DNA from: an uncultured Candidatus Saccharibacteria bacterium
Lineage (GTDB): Bacteria > Patescibacteriota > Andersenbacteria > UBA10190
NCBI GenBank assembly: GCA_964622915.1
Contig: CAZUSC010000021.1
Location: 1 to 31,524 of the forward strand
Direction of reading: 5' to 3'
DNA length: 31,524 nucleotides
How positions within the stretch are numbered: the stretch's first letter is position 1; every line of letters starts with the position of its first letter. The position numbers and the translations under genes are program-made. Under the pieces are notes generated by a model, which was given only the letters and a program-made list of their open reading frames with translations, did no database searches and was not told the DNA's origin. Shown in pieces: positions 26,639 through 31,524 of the stretch.

Positions 26639-27516
26639 TATATTTGGCTGGCCGACTGCCTGACGGTGGCTTTACCTAGTTCCTGTGCTATGAGCCGATC
26701 AAGAAATGGCCCATGATACCCCAGCTCGGCGCACAACTTGGCCTGCCAACTCATGTCATGTGAACGGAGTAGCCCAGTGGGCTTATGGTAGTTATAAGGC
26801 TGGACGCGGCGCTGGTCAGCCTCGGCTGGATAAATATATTCTTCTGGTCGAGAAAAATCTTCGTAAAAATAAACTTGGTCGTCACCACACAGTTCGTAGA
26901 CACGCCGGGCCAGGCGGCCTTCATTACCGATGCGGTCCGCGTCGCACGCCGCGTCAAAATCCCAAAAATTGGTCTGGTGAGCAAAAGAATTATTTATCAG
27001 AAAAAAATTATCATCAATGTCTCCGTCCGGATGCTTGCCGTCAACATATTTCTGGCCGTAGCCGCGCGCAGCAAAGAGATAATTTTTCCTAGTCATCTTG
27101 GCTAGAATGTCATAAATAACATTTTCTAAGAGCGGCCAGGCAGCGGCATGCAGATGCAGGGTATAGTCCTGGCCAGAGGCAGCAGCTACCCGACAACCCC
27201 GGCTGATGCTGTCTAAAGTACGAGTACGCAGCTGCTGCTTAAAAAAACCGTAACGGCGATCGTGCAGGGGCCGCAAGCGAGAGGATCGGCGGGCGGGCAG
27301 AGAGTACCGACTGCCCCATAAAAAATTATCTACATAGCTTCGCTCCACCCAAGCAGGCAGCGCCACTTCCTCGGCTGTGCTCGATACTATTACTTTTAAG
27401 TTTGGACCGGTTGGCCAGTTGAGACGAAGAAGTTCTAATAATCCCTGCAACTCATCCCAGCGATCATACAAACTAATGGCTACCGCCAAAGAAGGTCGCT
27501 GCTGTCTCGCCGTCAT
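26638..27516 (-). CDS. GT-A-like putative glycosyltransferase
   Basis: AVAISLYDR..L..LL N-terminal strand/helix, KVIVSS, YTLHLHAAAW at the DxD position; overlaps both neighbours in the operon. Confidence 0.5.
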   Translation of the reverse strand: MTARQQRPSLAVAISLYDRWDELQGLLELLRLNWPTGPNLKVIVSSTAEEVALPAWVERSYVDNFLWGSRYSLPARRSSRLRPLHDRRYGFFKQQLRTRTLDSISRGCRVAAASGQDYTLHLHAAAWPLLENVIYDILAKMTRKNYLFAARGYGQKYVDGKHPDGDIDDNFFLINNSFAHQTNFWDFDAACDADRIGNEGRLARRVYELCGDDQVYFYEDFSRPEEYIYPAEADQRRVQPYNYHKPTGLLRSHDMSWQAKLCAELGYHGPFLDRLIAQELGKATVRQSASQI

Positions 27517-28247
27517 CGTACGCGCTGCTGCTGTCTGGCTAAATAAACAACGAGATCTTCCGGTGTCCCCAGACCATGCATTTGGGCCTCGGCTATTTCA
27601 TATATTCCTATCTTGGCTCCGGCGGCGATCGCATAGTTATAGGCCGGTGCAGTATAAAATTCATTGTTAGTCCGATCATTGTGTGAAATCATTTCGGCAG
27701 CCGCTTCCACAAAATCCTGGCCGCGCTGCCAGTAGTAAATTCCCACCGTCGCGTGACTACTGATAGCCTGCTTTTCCGCTACCAGATCAACTACTCCCAA
27801 GGAGTTAGTTCGAGCATAGCTCCACTTCGGATCAGCGCAAGGGAAAGTCAAAATAGATCCGTCCTTATTATTACTTTGGCTGTGATTCATGAATTCGGCC
27901 ATTGAAATATCGACCAGCTGGTCGCTGTTAGCGATGAGTAAGGGTTGGTCATTATTCAGTTGGCGTACTGCCCGTAAAACGGTGCAGGCCGCCCCTTCGG
28001 TGAGCCCTTCTATCTCTACTACGCTGGCATTAAATTGCTCCTTTAATTTAGTGAAAAAATCAGCATAGTCGCTGACATGTTGTTTTTGCGCAATCAAAAC
28101 AAACCGGGCATTAGGTGCTTGCAAATTATCTAACACCAGTTCAATCATTGGTCGGCCCATGACTTCAATGAAGGGTTTGGGAACAGTATAGCCCGCCTCC
28201 GCGAAGCGCTGTCCCGCGCCAGCCATTGGTACAACTATATTTATCAT
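27513..28247 (-). CDS. BcbE-like NTP transferase (sugar/polyol-phosphate nucleotidyltransferase)
   Basis: VVPMAGAGQRF..AGY..PKPFI, TEGAACTVL, LLIANSDQ, KWSY, AEKQAIS..ATVGIYY, NNEFY.AP.YN, GLGTPEDL. Confidence 0.88.
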   Translation of the reverse strand: MINIVVPMAGAGQRFAEAGYTVPKPFIEVMGRPMIELVLDNLQAPNARFVLIAQKQHVSDYADFFTKLKEQFNASVVEIEGLTEGAACTVLRAVRQLNNDQPLLIANSDQLVDISMAEFMNHSQSNNKDGSILTFPCADPKWSYARTNSLGVVDLVAEKQAISSHATVGIYYWQRGQDFVEAAAEMISHNDRTNNEFYTAPAYNYAIAAGAKIGIYEIAEAQMHGLGTPEDLVVYLARQQQRVR

Positions 28248-29698
28248 ATATTTTTTACAATCGTTACTGGGCTAACCACATTGGCAATGGAAGTCGGCCG
28301 AATCAATCGAGCAGCCTCCTGGGTATTATCATAATGCTGCAGAAAGAATTCAAGGTCCTCGGGAGTGGAAAAGCTCCACATTTTATTGATAGGAAAAGCG
28401 CGAATACGCGCTCCTGTCCGTACATATTGGTTGTAGACGGGGCAAACGAAATATTCTCCATTGGTGGATATCTTGGCCGCAATCATGTCTCGCGTATGCT
28501 GAAGATACTGATCTCCGCGGGCGAAATAATATATGCCGGCGGTAGCCTGGTTGCTAATTGGCTTCTTTTCGGCCGCTTCTGTTACCAAGCCGCTGTCTGC
28601 GGTTTTAACATAGCTCCATTTAGGATGAGTGGAAGTAAAGGTAACCAGTCCGCCATCGCACTCATCAGCCGACATAGCGTAGAAAAACTCATTACTGTTC
28701 CATTCTAGCAACTGATCGCAATTGACGATGGCCAATGGATCGGGCCCACTAATAAATTCCTCGGCTGCCAACACGGATAAAGCTGCTCCTTGCGTCGGCT
28801 GAGCCAGCTGAACAATGAAGCAACCCGGCGCAATTAGATTAAGTAAGTATTGTAGGTTGTATTTTTCATAATGCTCCCGCAATACTACAAAAATATACTG
28901 GGCTTCCGCGTTCATATTCTCCACTACCCACTGCACCATCGGCTTGCCTAAAACGTCTGCCAAGGGCTTAGGAAAGGTGTAGCCGGCGCGTTCAAAACTT
29001 CGGCCGGCACCGGCCATCGGAATTACAATACGCAAGCGCCGACCTTGCCATTTAGGAATAATCCGCCGGCGGGCCGCACTACCCGAGGCCAAGTCGATTG
29101 CCTCCTTGATTCGCTCATAGGTAACTTCGGCTGTTCCCGCCACGCCGCACAGCTGGGCCCCCGCGCCGTGCGCTGCCGCACGACCATGATGTGAGTCTTC
29201 GACCACCAAGCATTCGGCAGGAGCAGCGCCTAATTGCAAAAATGCTCGCAGATATACTTCCGGATGAGGCTTGGGATGACTGACATCTTCGTTGGATAAG
29301 AAAAATTTAACCCTTGACATTAACCCTTTCTTCTTAAGCATAAGCTGAACGGTTTCTCGCACCGCGTTAGAACAAACAGAAATTGTATAGCCTTCTTGGG
29401 ACAGCCGATCGAGCAGCGCCATTAATTTTTGATCCGGGACAAATTTTTCTTTAATTACCAGCTGGGTTTGCCGCTGCTTTTCCTGCCATATTTCCTTATG
29501 CAGCCGCCTGGGCAACCCCTTTTTAGCCGAAAGTAGTTCCAGTTTACGGCGCGTTGGCAAGCCGTCATACACGGCTAGGTGTTCATCGCGTTCAATGGCG
29601 TAGCCATGCTTGCTTAAGGCACGATTCAGCGCCTCATAATGCAGTTCGCGGGCATCTACCAATACGCCATCCAAGTCAAAAATAATATGCTTAATCAT
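28244..29698 (-). CDS. HAD phosphatase fused to a BcbE-like NTP transferase
   Basis: N-term IIFDLDGVL, CSNA, KPHPEVY, VEDSHHG; C-term IPMAGAGRSF..AGYTFPKPL, NCDQ, KWSY, AEKKPIS, FSTPEDL. Confidence 0.9.
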   Translation of the reverse strand: MIKHIIFDLDGVLVDARELHYEALNRALSKHGYAIERDEHLAVYDGLPTRRKLELLSAKKGLPRRLHKEIWQEKQRQTQLVIKEKFVPDQKLMALLDRLSQEGYTISVCSNAVRETVQLMLKKKGLMSRVKFFLSNEDVSHPKPHPEVYLRAFLQLGAAPAECLVVEDSHHGRAAAHGAGAQLCGVAGTAEVTYERIKEAIDLASGSAARRRIIPKWQGRRLRIVIPMAGAGRSFERAGYTFPKPLADVLGKPMVQWVVENMNAEAQYIFVVLREHYEKYNLQYLLNLIAPGCFIVQLAQPTQGAALSVLAAEEFISGPDPLAIVNCDQLLEWNSNEFFYAMSADECDGGLVTFTSTHPKWSYVKTADSGLVTEAAEKKPISNQATAGIYYFARGDQYLQHTRDMIAAKISTNGEYFVCPVYNQYVRTGARIRAFPINKMWSFSTPEDLEFFLQHYDNTQEAARLIRPTSIANVVSPVTIVKNI

Positions 29699-30438
29699 AC
29701 CAGGCTCTTAACTACTTTATACAGTTCCTGAAAATTATCCACCGTGGCCTCCGGAATAATCTGTTGCTCGTATGGGCGGTTATCAGAGTGCCGGTCAGCC
29801 GCAAATAATACTCCGGCAATCCCCAAGGCCTTGGCGCTGCCAATATCATCATAAAGCCTGTCGCCAATCAAAACAGTGGCTTGGCGGTCAAAGGCAATCT
29901 TTTTCTGTACATACTCCAGAAAGTTGGGGTGGGGTTTGCGGTATCCCACCTGGGCGGAGATAATTACTTCATCAAATAAATCAGACATCTTATAGCGCTT
30001 CAGGGAAGTTAAGACAAACTCCTCCGCCGGTGTATTGGATAAAAGGACTAATTTAAAACCTTCTTGCTTAAACCGCTTTAATATACGAAATGCCTCACTA
30101 AATGGCCGGGTCAACGCCAATTCCGGGCCTAAATAGATAAGTTCGGCTTGCTTGAACTTTTTTTTGTCCAGCGTATGTCCAAACCGGGCCAGAACTTTTT
30201 TAAGTAAGTCCGACAGTTTATACTCAACACGCTCCTGCTTTGCCCGGCTTCTTAATTTCCTGCCCTCGGCTAAAAGTCCTTCCACTAAAGCTGCTTCGTC
30301 TTTAACAACTCGTCCCTGATCCTTTAACCAATCTACTAAAGAAACAGCCCCGGCGCGGTTTTCCCTTTCCCAATCTATGGAACTGGCAAAGACCGTCCCA
30401 GCCATATCAAATAGCAAGTATCTTTTTCTCTGTTTCAT
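29695..30438 (-). CDS. HAD-superfamily hydrolase with DxA motif I
   Basis: LLFDMAGT, LLSNT, RKPHP, IGDRLYDDI. Confidence 0.88.
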   Translation of the reverse strand: MKQRKRYLLFDMAGTVFASSIDWERENRAGAVSLVDWLKDQGRVVKDEAALVEGLLAEGRKLRSRAKQERVEYKLSDLLKKVLARFGHTLDKKKFKQAELIYLGPELALTRPFSEAFRILKRFKQEGFKLVLLSNTPAEEFVLTSLKRYKMSDLFDEVIISAQVGYRKPHPNFLEYVQKKIAFDRQATVLIGDRLYDDIGSAKALGIAGVLFAADRHSDNRPYEQQIIPEATVDNFQELYKVVKSLV

Positions 30439-30450
30439 CTAAACTCCCAA

Positions 30451-31386
30451 TTAATAGTGACGGACTAATACGCCCAGCCCGTTGCCATTGGTGCGAACTT
30501 CATATGAATATTGATAGCCACGCTTAGCTGCTTCCTGATGGCTGATCGGCAAGCGGGGCACTAGAAAATGAGCTTCTTGATGTGGTGGTTCTTCTGGTTT
30601 GGGAACCTGGCGGAATGGGCGGCTAGTGTCGATGTTTAAGTTAACTCTGTGCCCATCATTATGCACTTGGGCAAATAATTCCGCATCGGGTTTTAGCCAG
30701 CCATCAGTTTCGATCCAACAAACTTTCTTGTCTTTCAGCCAATCGCTGATGGCAGCCTGATTATTATCGGCACAGTGGATTACATCATGAAAAACTATCG
30801 CCCCTCCTTTGCGCAGTAGCGGCAGCCACAAATCTATTTCTTTCCGTTTTAAGCTATAAGTATGCTGCGAATCAACCATTATTAGATCTAAAGGCTGATC
30901 ATTATATTTTCTCCGCCAATCCTCTCTAAATGCCACGCTATCACTATGGATGCGCTTGAACGAATCAGTTAGACCATAGTAAGCAATATTATAAGCAACG
31001 AAATCAGCAAAACTATTACTGGGGTCAATAGAATACAGTTTGCCTCCGGCAGCTTGGGCAGCCGCCGCTAACACTACCGTAGATATACCTTCACAAATTC
31101 CAAATTCTATAATGTTTTTCGCATTTATCGCGCGGCATAACTTGAATAAGTACCAGGCATGCGGTTCAAAACCGCGCGGATATTGGGATTTATGCTGCCA
31201 AGAAACCTTCGGAGCAAAGCGGTGGATAGCGGCCAAATTGCCCTGTTCAATATCATTGACGGCTATTAGTCTCTTAATTTGCTGGTGTTTTTCAGGGTGC
31301 TTATCATAACGTAAAACATGCCAGACCAGTAAGTAGCCTCGATGAGCCAAGCGCTGCCAATCATACTTTATACGGTCCCAAATCAT
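30451..31386 (-). CDS. Class I SAM-dependent methyltransferase (Methyltransf_24-like)
   Basis: IIEFGICEGIST, LYSIDP, IHSDS, DLIMVDSQHTY, LRKGGAIVFHD; GGGAG-type Shine-Dalgarno before the next gene. Confidence 0.85.
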   Translation of the reverse strand: MIWDRIKYDWQRLAHRGYLLVWHVLRYDKHPEKHQQIKRLIAVNDIEQGNLAAIHRFAPKVSWQHKSQYPRGFEPHAWYLFKLCRAINAKNIIEFGICEGISTVVLAAAAQAAGGKLYSIDPSNSFADFVAYNIAYYGLTDSFKRIHSDSVAFREDWRRKYNDQPLDLIMVDSQHTYSLKRKEIDLWLPLLRKGGAIVFHDVIHCADNNQAAISDWLKDKKVCWIETDGWLKPDAELFAQVHNDGHRVNLNIDTSRPFRQVPKPEEPPHQEAHFLVPRLPISHQEAAKRGYQYSYEVRTNGNGLGVLVRHY

Positions 31387-31401
31387 GAATGACGCCTCGC
31401 T

Positions 31402-31524
31402 CTAACCCAAAACTGACTGGCGCTGACTGATGGCTGAAAAAATCTCTTTAAAACTTTCCAATTCTTCGGGCGTTCCCAAACTGTAGTGAAAATCAACCGG
31501 CATGACTTTAATCTTTTTTCCTTT
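31402..31524 (-). CDS. 3' end of a third BcbE-like NTP transferase (truncated by the window edge)
   Basis: Hand translation KGKKIKVMPVDFHYSLGTPEELESFKEIF...VLG*. SLGTPEEL parallels GLGTPEDL and SFSTPEDL of the two upstream paralogues. Confidence 0.7.
   Translation of the reverse strand, partial: KGKKIKVMPVDFHYSLGTPEELESFKEIFSAISQRQSVLG

Noticed and set aside
25649-31309. Plus-strand ORFs over the minus-strand operon (e.g. 25649..25996, 26706..27092, 28226..28708, 31040..31309)
   Set aside because: Antisense to motif-bearing genes, with no independent evidence of coding.
27513-31524. Phosphonate (PepM/Ppd) or Campylobacter-type O-methyl phosphoramidate pathway
   Set aside because: No PEP mutase, phosphonopyruvate decarboxylase, glutamine kinase or adenylyl-sulfate-kinase-like gene in the window; only the generic enzyme classes overlap.

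Overview
Bacterial window with three parts. (1) 94-12112, minus strand: a bioenergetic block with a complete F-type ATP synthase operon (atpI-B-E-F-H-A-G-D-C; H+-type c subunit, short delta). Immediately upstream lie a K+-independent membrane H+-pyrophosphatase (GNTTKA signature), a PsbP-like exported protein, a NOX/ferric-reductase-like flavocytochrome and a DUF1761-like membrane protein. (2) 12131-21166: surface-glycan genes, namely a minus-strand GT2 + DUF2304-like pair and a plus-strand run of GT4, asparagine-synthase-like amidotransferase, GT4, GT2, GT-C-like membrane protein, small membrane protein and methyltransferase. (3) 21184-31524, minus strand and convergent with (2): a tightly overlapped operon rich in activating and tailoring enzymes. 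It holds three BcbE-like NTP transferases (one fused to a HAD, one cut by the window edge), a second HAD, two tandem Pol-beta-fold nucleotidyltransferases, a CE4/WalW-like protein, a NeuA-like cytidylyltransferase-methyltransferase fusion, a GT-A-like gene and a frameshifted GT-B-like gene. Non-coding and intragenic DNA carries several small palindromic elements: a MITE-like insert with a target-site duplication exactly on the asnB start codon, a 166-bp foldback element between atpD and atpC, and two frame-preserving hairpin inserts nested in heptamer repeats inside a GT4 gene. Compact organisation, short delta and gene content suggest a Patescibacteria (CPR)-like organism; this is inference, no search was run. 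TGA acts as a stop (ATGA overlaps), so genetic code 11. No rRNA, tRNA or CRISPR array was seen.
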